Shown: positions 40,142 through 51,846, counted from the whole stretch's first letter. The stretch is 63,645 nt of DNA, filler included, from Octopus bimaculoides (GCF_001194135.2; 7 parts of 7 records of this genome joined end to end with filler, not necessarily neighbours in it), one strand, 5' to 3'. Translations and numbers: made by a program. The notes: generated by a model not told the origin, from the sequence alone.

Positions 40142-41629
40142 ACTCTTTTATTAAAACTGAATAAATCTTCACAAACTGTCACTCAGAGTTTCACGCAACC
40201 GTTCATCACACAGTTGTGATAATACTAAATTCAGTCTATTACTGAACCGTTGATATTCGAGTAGTTTTTCCACCTTCTTTTCCAACTATGTCCTAAACTG
40301 AATAGGTCTCTGTGTGTGCGGGGTGTATATACATATATCTTACATACATGTATACNNNNNNNNNNNNNNNNNNNNNNNNNNNNNNNNNNNNNNNNNNNNN
40401 NNNNNNNNNNNNNNNNNNNNNNNNNNNNNNNNNNNNNNNNNNNNNNNNNNNNNNNNNNNNNNNNNNNNNNNNNNNNNNNNNNNNNNNNNNNNNNNNNNNN
40501 NNNNNNNNNNNNNNNNNNNNNNNNNNNNNNNNNNNNNNNNNNNNNNNNNNNNNNNNNNNNNNNNNNNNNNNNNNNNNNNNNNNNNNNNNNNNNNNNNNNN
40601 NNNNNNNNNNNNNNNNNNNNNNNNNNNNNNNNNNNNNNNNNNNNNNNNNNNNNNNNNNNNNNNNNNNNNNNNNNNNNNNNNNNNNNNNNNNNNNNNNNNN
40701 NNNNNNNNNNNNNNNNNNNNNNNNNNNNNNNNNNNNNNNNNNNNNNNNNNNNNNNNNNNNNNNNNNNNNNNNNNNNNNNNNNNNNNNNNNNNNNNNNNNN
40801 NNNNNNNNNNNNNNNNNNNATCTAGCATTTATTGACTATTTTATACGCATAAGTGTGAGATCGTGTGTGTGTGTGTGTGTGTTTTGTGTTTTTTGTGTGC
40901 ACTTATGCAGGAATCCCTCTGCATGTTCATCAGCCTAGTGTTATCATTTCTTTCTTCTGTGCAGGACATAAAATGCACCTACCAGAAGGTTGCTACACGA
41001 AAATTCGTGGTAATAAACAAAATTCCTCAACTTTTTATTACTTTTATATTTCAGAATTAGATTCATGATTCTGATAGAGACATGAGTCAACAAGATCTAC
41101 AAGCAGACCAGACTACGTAACATGGAAAGCAGCAGCAGCAACAACAACAACAACAACAGGAATAATAACAATAACAATAATAAAAGTAGTTTAAATATAA
41201 ACGCATCACACTCATTCTGTGAATCACATTTGGTTGGACTGTTCGCATATATTCACACACAGAGAGGGGAGGAGAAAGAGTGAGTGAGTGTAAATCTGCG
41301 ACTGCGTTAGAAATAGTTTCCATATGGAGGACGCCGTATGTGTTAAGTAGAGAATAATCTGCGCAAGCCGACCAAATTAGATGGAACATTTGTTTTCAAT
41401 TGTGAAGAGTCAGCACAAAGGAAGCCTTCTAGCTACTCATTGTCTGTGACCAATGGATTACATATAAATATTCCCCATACTAAATTCTGTATAAATAGAT
41501 ATTCGTGTATGTTTTATACAGTATAATGTTTTTATATATTCATCGTTATTGTCTCAATTCTTTCATTTCCCTTTCATTTGTTATACCCTACTCCTCATGC
41601 TCTTCTTTTCCTTCTATTTTTCTTTCTTC

Positions 41630-41663
<34 letters not shown>

Positions 41664-42578
41664 NNNNNNNNNNNNNNNNNNNNNNNNNNNNNNNNNNNNN
41701 NNNNNNNNNNNNNNNNNNNNNNNNNNNNNNNNNNNNNNNNNNNNNNNNNNNNNNNNNNNNNNNNNNNNNNNNNNNNNNNNNNNNNNNNNNNNNNNNNNNN
41801 NNNNNNNNNNNNNNNNNNNNNNNNNNNNNNNNNNNNNNNNNNNNNNNNNNNNNNNNNNNNNNNNNNNNNNNNNNNNNNNNNNNNNNNNNNNNNNNNNNNN
41901 NNNNNNNNNNNNNNNNNNNNNNNNNNNNNNNNNNNNNNNNNNNNNNNNNNNNNNNNNNNNNNNNNNNNNNNNNNNNNNNNNNNNNNNNNNNNNNNNNNNN
42001 NNNNNNNNNNNNNNNNNNNNNNNNNNNNNNNNNNNNNNNNNNNNNNNNNNNNNNNNNNNNNNNNNNNNNNNNNNNNATGGGAGAAGCAAAAGGAAACAAT
42101 GTATATATTTTAGTATCTTGTACAGATGAAATTTGGCTAAATAATAAGGGTTTATCCTTCGTTTTGGAAATCTATATGGTCGTCTGCGTCCGACGAGAGC
42201 AGTTTATTTCAACTTGATGTAATGGTTTCATTGATTGATTAAATGGAGCCGCTTGAAACGGCCGTAATGCACTGATACCTGGACATCCTTTTTTACTTAT
42301 TTGCTTTTTATATGTGTGTATGTGTGTGTGTGTGTGTGTCTTTGTGTGTGTTTAGGAAAAAACATTACCACTGAGAAAGACAAAAGGCATGTGAGAGATG
42401 AAAATCAATGGCTACTCCCATAAACAGAATGAGATTAATTTTAGAATATGAATAAAGATAGCTGTATCCAGATTTAGATAAAGCATAATTAGATCTAACA
42501 ATCAAGATATGTACGCGCGCGCAATGCACACAGGCACACACACACACACACACACACACACGCATATACGTATATATA

Positions 42579-42620
<42 letters not shown>

Positions 42621-42800
42621 AACACACATATATATTAACATTTCAATATAGGTATGGTCCAGAACACAATGCTATATGAGTAGAGTACACTATTTACATT
42701 ATTTACATTTGACGGATATTTGTCCTCATCTTGTTTGTTGTTAACACAACGTTTCCCCGAGATTGCGAGTTCGATTCCAGGCAGTGACCTGATAATAATG

Positions 42801-42864
<64 letters not shown>

Positions 42865-42866
<2 letters not shown>

Positions 42867-43045
42867 TCGGAAAATACCTTAGGAATGAGAACCCAGGTTC
42901 GAAATTCCCCCAAGACACCTGAAGAAGGCTGGAGAGTATATCAGCCGAAACGTTGTGTTAACAACAAATAAGATGAGGATAAATATCCGTCAAATGTAAA
43001 TAATGTAAATAATGTACATAATTCCTCATCTCTTAAATATAGAAC
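42865..43045 (+). mobile_element. Penelope-like terminal-repeat (pLTR/3' UTR) remnant carrying a hammerhead
   Basis: Contains the minimal hammerhead below; non-coding; follows a (TAA)n tract; partial inverted copy at 42686-42755, an arrangement typical of PLE insertions. Confidence 0.6.
42914..42959 (+). ncRNA. Minimal type I hammerhead ribozyme (Penelope type), core intact
   Basis: Stem I GACAC(42914-18)/GTGTT(42955-59); core CTGAAGA(42919-25) plus A; stem II GGCTG/CAGCC with a 10-nt loop; GAAA(42947-50); loopless palindromic stem III AACGTT; predicted cut after GUU at 42954. Confidence 0.75.
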
Positions 43046-43137
43046 TGGAGTATAGAGTAGTAATTTGAAACGAAGTGATGACACCGGAAACAAAAACAAA
43101 TATTATGTAATGACCTTCATTAGCTTACAGCTGTTTC

Positions 43138-43329
43138 AGCTATGAAATGTGGTGGACTCTTAGTTGAGTACCAGAATAACATTCTATAGCTTCTTCAGAA
43201 CCTTGAATTTTCAGAACAATGTTCTGAAAAAATAGCTTCCCAAATAAAATGTACGTCACATTCAAGGCTCTGGTAAATCTCTAGAATGCTATGTTGGTAC
43301 TCAGCTAAGAGTCGACCTCATCTTATGGC
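43138..43329. mobile_element. ~190-bp foldback (MITE-like) element
   Basis: ggactcttagttgagtacca.aata.cattcta.ag..cagaaccttgaat is inverted relative to attcaaggctctgg..ctagaatgctatgttggtactcagctaagagtc. Confidence 0.75.
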
Positions 43330-43603
43330 AGAAAGAAGTGTAAATTACTGAAGTTCATGACGTAACGTTTGGGTCTTCCGATGTCATCCCTTTGTTTTGT
43401 ATAAACACAAAAGGGAGTTGAAAAGTTCCTGGCTATAAGAGTATTGCGAAAGGTCCAACCTTCCGATTGAAGTCGTAAACAACCTGATCTTTCCGTATTT
43501 TCTTTTGCCGAAATCTAGGAACTTTTACATCCCCTCGTATATATTATATACATTTATACATATAAACATATACATGCGCATATACACACACACACACACA
43601 CAC

Positions 43604-43638
<35 letters not shown>

Positions 43639-43880
43639 NNNNNNNNNNNNNNNNNNNNNNNNNNNNNNNNNNNNNNNNNNNNNNNNNNNNNNNNNNNNNN
43701 NNNNNNNNNNNNNNNNNNNNNNNNNNNNNNNNNNNNNNNNNNNNNNNNNNNNNNNNNNNNNNNNNNNNNNNNNNNNNNNNNNNNNNNNNNNNNNNNNNNN
43801 TATGGTTTGTTCGTGTGTGTGTATATACACCCACACATATATACATGCATTATATATATATGAGTATATATAGATGCACC

Positions 43881-44339
43881 TATAAAATTAGTGTACATTT
43901 AAACACAAAAGAGGCGACCCTAAACAGGACACTTTACATGCTAAAAGGAACAGTCACAGTCAAAACCGCGGTTAAGAGTAATTTCGAAGGGAATGAAAAA
44001 TAAAATTTCAATAGTTACCACTTGTACCTAGGTTTCGAACATTAATGAACAAATAAGATAATTTGTTATGGCCAGCATGCATACAATAGTCAATATTTGT
44101 CCCATAATTATACGTTAATTATTAGCGCCCTTGCTGATGAAGAACACGGATAACAAATTATCTTATTTGTTCGTTAATGTTCGAAACCTAGGTACAAGTA
44201 GTAACTATTGAAATTGTTTTAATTTTTCATCCCCTTCGAAATTACTCTTAACCGTGGTTTGAGCTTTGACTGCTCCTTTTAGCATGTAAGGTGTCCTCTT
44301 AGGGTCACTTTTTGTGTATGAATGTACACTAATTTTATA
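43881..44339. mobile_element. ~460-bp foldback (MITE-like) element with ~195-bp arms and a ~70-bp spacer, TA at both ends
   Basis: tataaaattagtgtacatt..ttaagagtaatttcgaaggg..cttgtacctaggtttcgaacattaatgaacaaataagataatttgttat versus its reverse complement at 44150-44339. Confidence 0.9.
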
Positions 44340-45442
44340 TGTTGTCTGTTGACAATCTTATGTATGCTGGCCACTGGTAGACAATTTCTTCAATTTCTCT
44401 ACCCTATATATATTTTCTATAGATGCACATGAAAATGTATTCGAATGTATATACATACATGCTATATGTACATAGGAATGTTTATGTGTACACAAATACA
44501 TAAATACGTAAACACATAAGCACGTATATAACGTGTATATACGTACAAATGTGATACACGTGTATATGTATTTAGGGAAATATTTAGAGGTAGAGGGACA
44601 GCGCCCATCGCCTGTCTAAGCTATTCCAGACACAACATCTGTTGATTGATGTTCCAGAAAACCGCCAGTAGGGAAAATATCAGAAGGTTTACAAGGCTGG
44701 ATGGAGATGTTTGAGGGGAAACACTTAGTGCAGGACGTGGCGAGTGAACTTCAGAAGTAACATCGAGGGAAGTGGGGGAGAGAGAGATAGAGGGAGGGAG
44801 AGAGAGAGAATGAGATGGATATAAATGGGGGTGGAAGTAGTAGAGATGGCTGTGTATGAATACAAGCTATTGTAATAAGAGAGAGAGAGAGCGAGAGATA
44901 GATTGTAAAGGTATGTGAATATTTATGAAGCAGCTAAAGGGTCTGTTTCGCATGGTCTATGATGTTTTTGTGTGTAAAAGCGACACCATCCGAAATATGC
45001 AGAGAATCTTCTATTTTAATGAGATCTTTTTTTTTTCTTTTAATTCAAGAAAGAAAACAAAATCCTGGTGGATATTATTTGAGACTTTCAACAGATATGG
45101 GAGATGATTTTAAAAAGTAAAGAATTAATCTCTGAAATTTAATTTCCATGACGATCGTTTCAGCGATGTCTACAAGTAGGAAAGGAGTTATGAATACTAT
45201 CTGGGCAATTTGATTTGCATAAATAGGAAATAAGATGTACAAAAGGAAATAACTCAAATGTGGAAGTGTGGTGCATTTGGATAAATAATACTTAAAGAGG
45301 AGGTGCACTGATCTAGACAGTATGTGTTTAATACTTGCGTGCGAAATTAATGAAGGAGTGACGGTGAGGGAGAGAAAGAGAGAGAGAGAGAGAGAGAGAT
45401 TGTATGTAATTAGAAGTAACAACAAACAAGTATGGGATAAGT

Positions 45443-45552
45443 AGAGCTTCTTTCAGTTTTCGTGTACCAAATTCAGTCACAAGGATGGTGCTATAACATT
45501 ATCGCGCCAACCTTGTGACTGAATTTGGTTCACGAAAACTGAAAGAAGCTCT
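45443..45552. repeat. 110-nt near-perfect inverted repeat built from a SINE-B internal segment
   Basis: 42-bp arms agagcttctttcagttttcgtg(t/a)accaaattcagtcacaagg with 1 mismatch; the 26-nt spacer also pairs (tggtgc/gcgcca). Confidence 0.92.
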
Positions 45553-45553
45553 T

Positions 45554-45600
<47 letters not shown>

Positions 45601-45860
45601 ATGTATTATGCATGTATGTACGTATATATGTATATGTGTATATGTGTGTGTGTGTGTATTTATGTGTGTGTGCGCGCGCATGCGTCATTGTGTTTATCTC
45701 CCCCAAACACGCTAAAACCGGCTTTGGTTTCATTATGTCCTCTTAATATAGCAGTTCGGCAAAAGCAACCAATGGAATAAGTACTGGGGCGGTTTGTTCG
45801 ATTAAGCTCTTGGAAGCGGTGCCCCAGAGTGGCTGCAGTCCAATGACTGAGACAAATGAG
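45511..45860 (+). mobile_element. SINE family B lacking its tRNA head
   Basis: ccttgtgactgaatttgg..aaactgaaagaagc[microsatellite]..gcagttcggcaaaag.aacc.atggaataagtact..gcggtgccccagagtggctgcagtccaatgactgagacaa. Confidence 0.75.
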
Positions 45861-46831
45861 AGATAAGCAATAATTTTATTTAATTTAAAATATTCATCTT
45901 TCGGTCGGATGGTATCAATAATGTAAACATTATGTCTTTAGTTGATCGTCTTCGATTCCGTTCCATGGTTTGTCAGTTCTTTTGGTTTAACGAATACATG
46001 CCATGCCTATAATAGACTGGGTCTTCGATTTTTGGTCTGCGGTTCTAAAATCGATCAATTTTCTTCAGATTAATATAAATGCTCTGTTTGTAATAGATTG
46101 TCTTCGATCTTATTTCGTAATTAAGATGGTTTAAAGTGTTACTTCCGTAGACCGTTGCAGGATAATGCTATCGCTATATTCGTCAATATGTCGATTTTGT
46201 TATTCGCTAGTAGAGACTTGCAAAACTTTGAAAGATTACCGAACAATTTATAAAATATAGGCATTTATTCTTAATTTTTTTCAGAATTTTTCTCATAGAC
46301 TTTATAATGTATCTTAACAAATGAATTATAAAGTCTTTATATTGACTTATATATAAATTTGTTTGGCAAGCAGAAGCAGAGCTTGCTTAATTCTTATTGT
46401 ACTTAAGTTCAATGGAGTCCATGATGAGCGACCATCAGTCTTCCATTGTGAGTTGGTCTACGAATACCCTGAAATATCTATATGTATATCAACCGCGGAC
46501 AAAGCAGTAATACATACACTTTTCAAGTTTGTGGATGAATAAAAGTATCTCGGATGTAGTGTTGAGTAACCATGCTGGCATTGTTCTTGATATCATCTCC
46601 CACTAATACCACAGTTGAAACAAAGATGTTTCCTTCAGAACATGGCATGGGTTTTTGTAGATACGTCTTTCAATATCCAAACAAAAATAGATTGACTCCA
46701 GCGCAACCATTTCAGAACAGGGACGACATGAAGCCAACTAGAATGCAATCGTACTTGGCTATAAGAATAAAACATTATTGAAAATAATGCGAAAAATACA
46801 GTGGAGTTTCTCCACAAGCAATACTGCTCTG

Positions 46832-46908
46832 CCTTCGATTTGTTCGACTAAAGGCGGTGCTCCAGCTTGGTCGTTGTCAAATGATTGAAACAAATAAAAG
46901 AATAAAAG
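46832..46908 (+). mobile_element. SINE family B 3' tip
   Basis: ttcgatttgttcgactaaaggcggtgctccagc.tgg..gtcaaatgattgaaacaaataaaagaataaaag. Confidence 0.8.
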
Positions 46909-46977
46909 AATACACACACACATATACACACATATACACACATACATATACATAAATATATGTATATGTATTCTGTT

Positions 46978-47378
46978 TTATTTTTTTTATTTGTTTCAGT
47001 CATTTGACTGCAGCCATGCTGGAGCACCGCCGTAAATGGTGTTAAGTAAAGAAATCAACACCAGGACTTGTTCGTTGTAAGTCTAGTACTTATTCTATCG
47101 GCCTCTTTTGCTGAACCGCTAGTAACGGGTATATAAGCACACCGGCATCATTTGTTTAGCGATGGCGAGTGACAAAAACACACACAAATTTATACATGTA
47201 TGTGTGTATGCATATATATACATGCGACGGACTTCTTTCAGTTTCTGTGTACCAAATCCACTCACAAGGCTTCGGTCAGCCCGAGGCTACAGTATAAGAC
47301 ACCTGTCAAAGGTGCTACGCAGGGGCACTGAACCCGGATTCATGTGGTTGGAAAGCAAGCTTCTTACCACACAGCCAG
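46978..47378 (-). mobile_element. SINE family B, full length
   Basis: tttgtttcagtcatttgactgcagccatgctggagcaccgcc..gacggacttctttcagtttc..cacaaggcttcggtcagcccgaggct..actgaacccgga..cttaccacacagcc. Confidence 0.9.
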
Positions 47379-48082
47379 CCTTTTGTAGTATATTCACCAA
47401 AGAACACGAACGCAATAGCAAAACTCTGCACATGTTTCGCGTAGACAAAAATGCATTTATCAATTGAATCTTTGCTTGGTTTCTTCATTGATTACTGAAC
47501 ACGTGAGCGATGTACTTATATCCGGCCGTAAATTAGCATGCAATTCTCTGTGTTTATGTGTATTTGCACATGAACGGTGTGTGTATGTATGTGAGAGCAT
47601 GTATATATGTGTATGTATGTAGCATGTTTATATGTATGTGTATGTTTGTGTGTGTGTATGTGGTTACTAGTTTCTGAATATTGGCGAGTGTTTTGTCCTC
47701 GGCGGAGAGGATTATGGTTTCGATGAGGTAGAAATTAATTGACATAAGAATCGTATTATATGTCTGCTGACTTGAGAAAATGTAAAGAAAGGAAAAAAGA
47801 GTGAAAGAAGCATCGATATATAATGGTTGTATAATGATCGATTCAATCAAACAGTAGAATTAGTCACTTATCTATGTAACTTGTAACTATTTGGAAAGTG
47901 TTCGAAGAATCGATAGATTCAAAGAGAAGCAAGAAAAAGAAAACTGAAAAACAAAGCAAAAAATAATGGAAGAAAAAAGCATAATAAAAAAAGAGGAAAA
48001 AAACAAATTCACAAAAAGCAAAAATGTGAGAAAAGAAAAAGAAATGAGTGAAATAATGGAGAGAGAAAGAAGGGGAGAGGGG

Positions 48083-48133
<51 letters not shown>

Positions 48134-48482
48134 GTAAAAGGAAAGGCTGTTTGTTTCCTTGGAACATTTGCAGACAGAAGATTGGCGTGATGTTGCATGT
48201 GGATCCATTACAAAATGATATCAGGAAATACTTTCAAGTAGATTCTTCCGGTACAATGAAGTAATCGTGCCCTGTTTTATATTTCATAGATTAACGGTAA
48301 AGTGGAGATAAGGAGGGGAGAGAGTAAGTGAGTGAGAGACAGAAAGAGAGAACAAGAGAGATAGGAAGAGCAAGTAAGAGGAAGAGAGAGGGAGAGTAAG
48401 AGAGAAAGGAAGACCAAATGAGAGACAAACAGAGTATAGAAATTAATAGAGAAACATCGAAATAAAGAACAAACGAGAAAGA

Positions 48483-48517
<35 letters not shown>

Positions 48518-49074
48518 GGTGAATGCTTGGAAATTCATAGAAGAGACGGGACAAATTTTCCAAAACATGAGAGATTGGAATTAAAGGAGCGATTGGTGAT
48601 TGTTATGGTTTGTAGACACTTAAATGGGTATCTTTTGTGTGAGAATACGATATGAATTGCGATGCGATTAAGAGGAGAGAGGAAAAAAGTCTTACAATCC
48701 AAGACTGTTCTCCAAACCACTTGAATGGATATAAATCAATGATTATAAAGAAAGCCTCTCATGGAACATGTTTAAATTCCCATTACCCACTAATCTGTGA
48801 CGGAAACATAACCGTTAAAACACACACACACATTATGGTATATACGTCTGTATGTGTGTGTGTGTGTGTACGTATGTATTTATGTATCCTCACATGCAAA
48901 GGTACAAGGATTCGCAAATCTAAGTAGATCTAGCTAGAAATGAGTTTTTAAAAAAAACGTGGCCACTACATCAACAAGAACAAGATTGTCAAGAACTGAT
49001 AGTGTATTAGTAAGAACTTCGGTCGCAGCAGCAGCAGCTGATTGATTCAGCAGTCGTAGTAAAAGTGCGCATGA

Positions 49075-49111
<37 letters not shown>

Positions 49112-49151
49112 ACACCACCACCACCACCACCACCACCACTATTATTACCAT

Positions 49152-49253
<102 letters not shown>

Positions 49254-49264
49254 TGATCATTTCT

Positions 49265-49536
49265 ACTATAGGCACAAGGCCTGAAATTTGTGGGGAGAGG
49301 ACTAATCGATTACATCTACCCCAGTGTTTCCCTGGTACTTAATTTATCGACCATTGAAAGGATGAAAGGCAAAGTCGACCTCGAATAATAATAATGATAA
49401 AAATAATAATAATCCTTTCTATAATAGGCACAATGCCTGGAATTTGGGGGAGAGGGATAGTCGATTACATCGACCCCAGTACTCAACTGGTACTTAATTT
49501 ATCGACCCCGAAAGGATGATAAGTAAAGTCGACCTC

Positions 49537-49540
<4 letters not shown>
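49265..49540 (-). mobile_element. Two tandem 5'-truncated SINE family A copies
   Basis: Both run ctata.taggcacaa.gcctg..aaagtcgacctcg|aataataat. Confidence 0.85.
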
Positions 49541-49585
<45 letters not shown>

Positions 49586-49586
<1 letters not shown>

Positions 49587-49985
49587 GCCCGGATGCAGTA
49601 CCAAGCAGTGGCTCTCATGGCTTCTGATCTTAATTGATTGGAAGTGTTATTATGTACATTGTTTTGTCTTGGTATAAAAAGATGGGCTACAGCAAATATT
49701 CTGCTCAATATCAGTGATTTGCTTGTCACTTGCTTGACCTTAACCAGTTGAGCATGTCCTTTGGTGGCTGACGATGTGTGCATCTCTGATCACGAGCAGA
49801 AGTAGAAGGGGGAGTATCATAGCCATGTGCGGACAGGAATTCTTTGGGGTTTGAATAATTCATCTCTGGAAACATGGTTGTTTCCAACATATTTAAACAA
49901 CCCTCATTCAGGGGCCTGTTGAGTGGTGGGCTACTCGCCTTGAAGAAAATTCTAACTGGGCCCTACCTGCAAGACCATGCGCTGT
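49586..49985. repeat. Unclassified non-coding segment between (TAA)n and a LINE RT fragment; probably an interspersed repeat
   Basis: Higher-GC non-coding block starting gcccggatgcagtacc directly after (AAT)n and fused to the RT at ~49990; repeat status is from memory only, there is no second copy in this window. Confidence 0.4.
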
Positions 49986-49989
49986 TTAT

Positions 49990-50355
49990 TAGAATTGGAT
50001 GCGGTTACAAATGCTACGGGAAAACAGTCAGCCACCTTCTATATATGGATGACCTAAAATTATATGCTAAAAATGACAAAGAGCTAGAAACACAACTACA
50101 GACAGTACACGGCTTTACCAAGGAAATAGATATGAAATTCGGATTAGAAAAATGTGCCAAAGCAACCCTGCAAAGAGGAAAATTAGTTAAAAGTAGCAAT
50201 ATAACACTAGATAAAGCCAATGAAATAAGAGAACTAGACGAAAACCAACCATACAAGTATTTAGGAGTCAACGAACTAGATAGGATACAACATACACAAA
50301 TGAAAGAATAAATAAAGAAAGAGTACTATAGACGAGTTAGATCAATACTAAAAAC
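49990..50355 (+). pseudogene. R4/Dong-like (RLE-type) LINE reverse-transcriptase fragment, cut off by an assembly gap
   Basis: RIGCGYKCYGKTVSHLLYMDDLKLYAKNDKELETQLQTVHGFTKEIDMKFGLEKCAKATLQRGKLV..YKYLGVNELDRIQHTQMKE*IKKEYYRRVRSILK; motifs HLLYMDDLKL, MxFGLxKCA, YKYLG. Confidence 0.9.
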
Positions 50356-50399
50356 NNNNNNNNNNNNNNNNNNNNNNNNNNNNNNNNNNNNNNNNNNNN

Positions 50400-50411
50400 T
50401 TAATTAATTAA
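50400..50411. other. Artificial scaffolding spacer TTAATTAATTAA
   Basis: 44N+12+44N block. Confidence 0.95.
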
Positions 50412-51084
50412 NNNNNNNNNNNNNNNNNNNNNNNNNNNNNNNNNNNNNNNNNNNNATTATGATGAATACATACATGCATATACACACACACACACACGCA
50501 CGCACACACACACATACACACAAACATACACATATGACAGAATAGAAAATACAAAAAGACAGGAATAAAACAAACAGAATAAAAAAATATTGAGATAAAA
50601 AAAAAGACCCGCAGAAATGGAAAAAAGAAGGAAGTACAGATTGCGAAATGTGTTCCATTCCAATCATAATGTTCACCATTTCCCTGGAGTATTTGTCTAT
50701 AGTCCCCACATGTGGACCATTCCTGATTCAAAGTTAAAGGACTTTCTTGTCCATTGACTAGAATATCAGCTAACTCACACAAATTTATATTTTCCATGTG
50801 TTTACCTCCCCGCATTCAAGACCACCTCTTACCTCACCCCCTGCTTCTCTGTTTTTCGCCCTCGTTGCCGATCCTTTCCTCTCTTTATGTTTCTATCAAT
50901 CTATCTATCTGTCATTTCTGTTCTGCTTATCCTGTAGCATTAGCATTTTTTTTCTCTCTTTTTTTGTTTTGTTTCTGTTTCTGTTTTTGTTAATGTGCGT
51001 TATGTTTCTACGTGGGACGCTTGAGTGTATGAGTGTATGTGTGTGTATATTCAAAAATGTGTGTGTGCATGTGAGTACGTGTGT

Positions 51085-51135
<51 letters not shown>

Positions 51136-51724
51136 TTCGTATTTTGTATTGCTTTCCTGCATTCAAGAAATAGATATGAGGATAGATGAAAACAAGTTAT
51201 TCATTTATTCATTATGTGTATGTGTGTGTGTGTGTTTGTGTGTATTGATATGTGCGTGTGTGTGCCTGTGTGTATTGATATGTGTGTTTGTATGTGTCTG
51301 TGTGTGACTCTATACATGTAGACATACATATCATACATATCCATACATACATACCTACATACACACATATATATACATATATATATNNNNNNNNNNNNNN
51401 NNNNNNNNNNNNNNNNNNNNNNNNNNNNNNNNNNNNNNNNNNNNNNNNNNNNNNNNNNNNNNNNNNNNNNNNNNNNNNNNNNNNNNNNNNNNNNNNNNNN
51501 NNNNNNNNNNNNNNNNNNNNNNNNNNNNNNNNNNNNNNNNNNNNNNNNNNNNNNNNNNNNNNNNNNNNNNNNNNNNNNNNNNNNNNNNNNNNNNNNNNNN
51601 NNNNNNNNNNNNNNNNNNNNNNNNNNNNNNNNNNNNNNNNNNNNNNNNNNNNNNNNNNNNNNNNNNNNNNNNNNNNNNNNNNNNNNNNNNNNNNNNNNNN
51701 NNNNNNNNNNNNNNNNNNNNNNNN

Positions 51725-51767
<43 letters not shown>

Positions 51768-51802
51768 CATAATATATATCTTTGGATAGATTGATATGTA
51801 TG

Positions 51803-51846
<44 letters not shown>

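Noticed and set aside
40890-40935. Minus-strand CTGATGA plus 6-bp stem (atgcag/ctgcat)
   Set aside because: Followed by AAG rather than GAAA, and no stem I
40965-41009. 45-nt exon-like cassette (GHKMHLPEGCYTKIRG or DIKCTYQKVATRKFV)
   Set aside because: Strong acceptor but weak donor, and it cannot be chained in phase to other candidates
47671-47727. 57-nt exon-like cassette (FLNIGECFVLGGEDYGFDE)
   Set aside because: Poor polypyrimidine tract, weak GTAGAA donor, and too short to assign a domain
49586-49660. HDV-like ribozyme at the start of the non-coding block
   Set aside because: P1 and P1.1 pairings could not be built by eye
49874-49990. N-terminal part of ORF 49874..50311 as part of the RT protein
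   Set aside because: A chance in-frame read-through from the non-coding block; RT similarity starts only at ~49990
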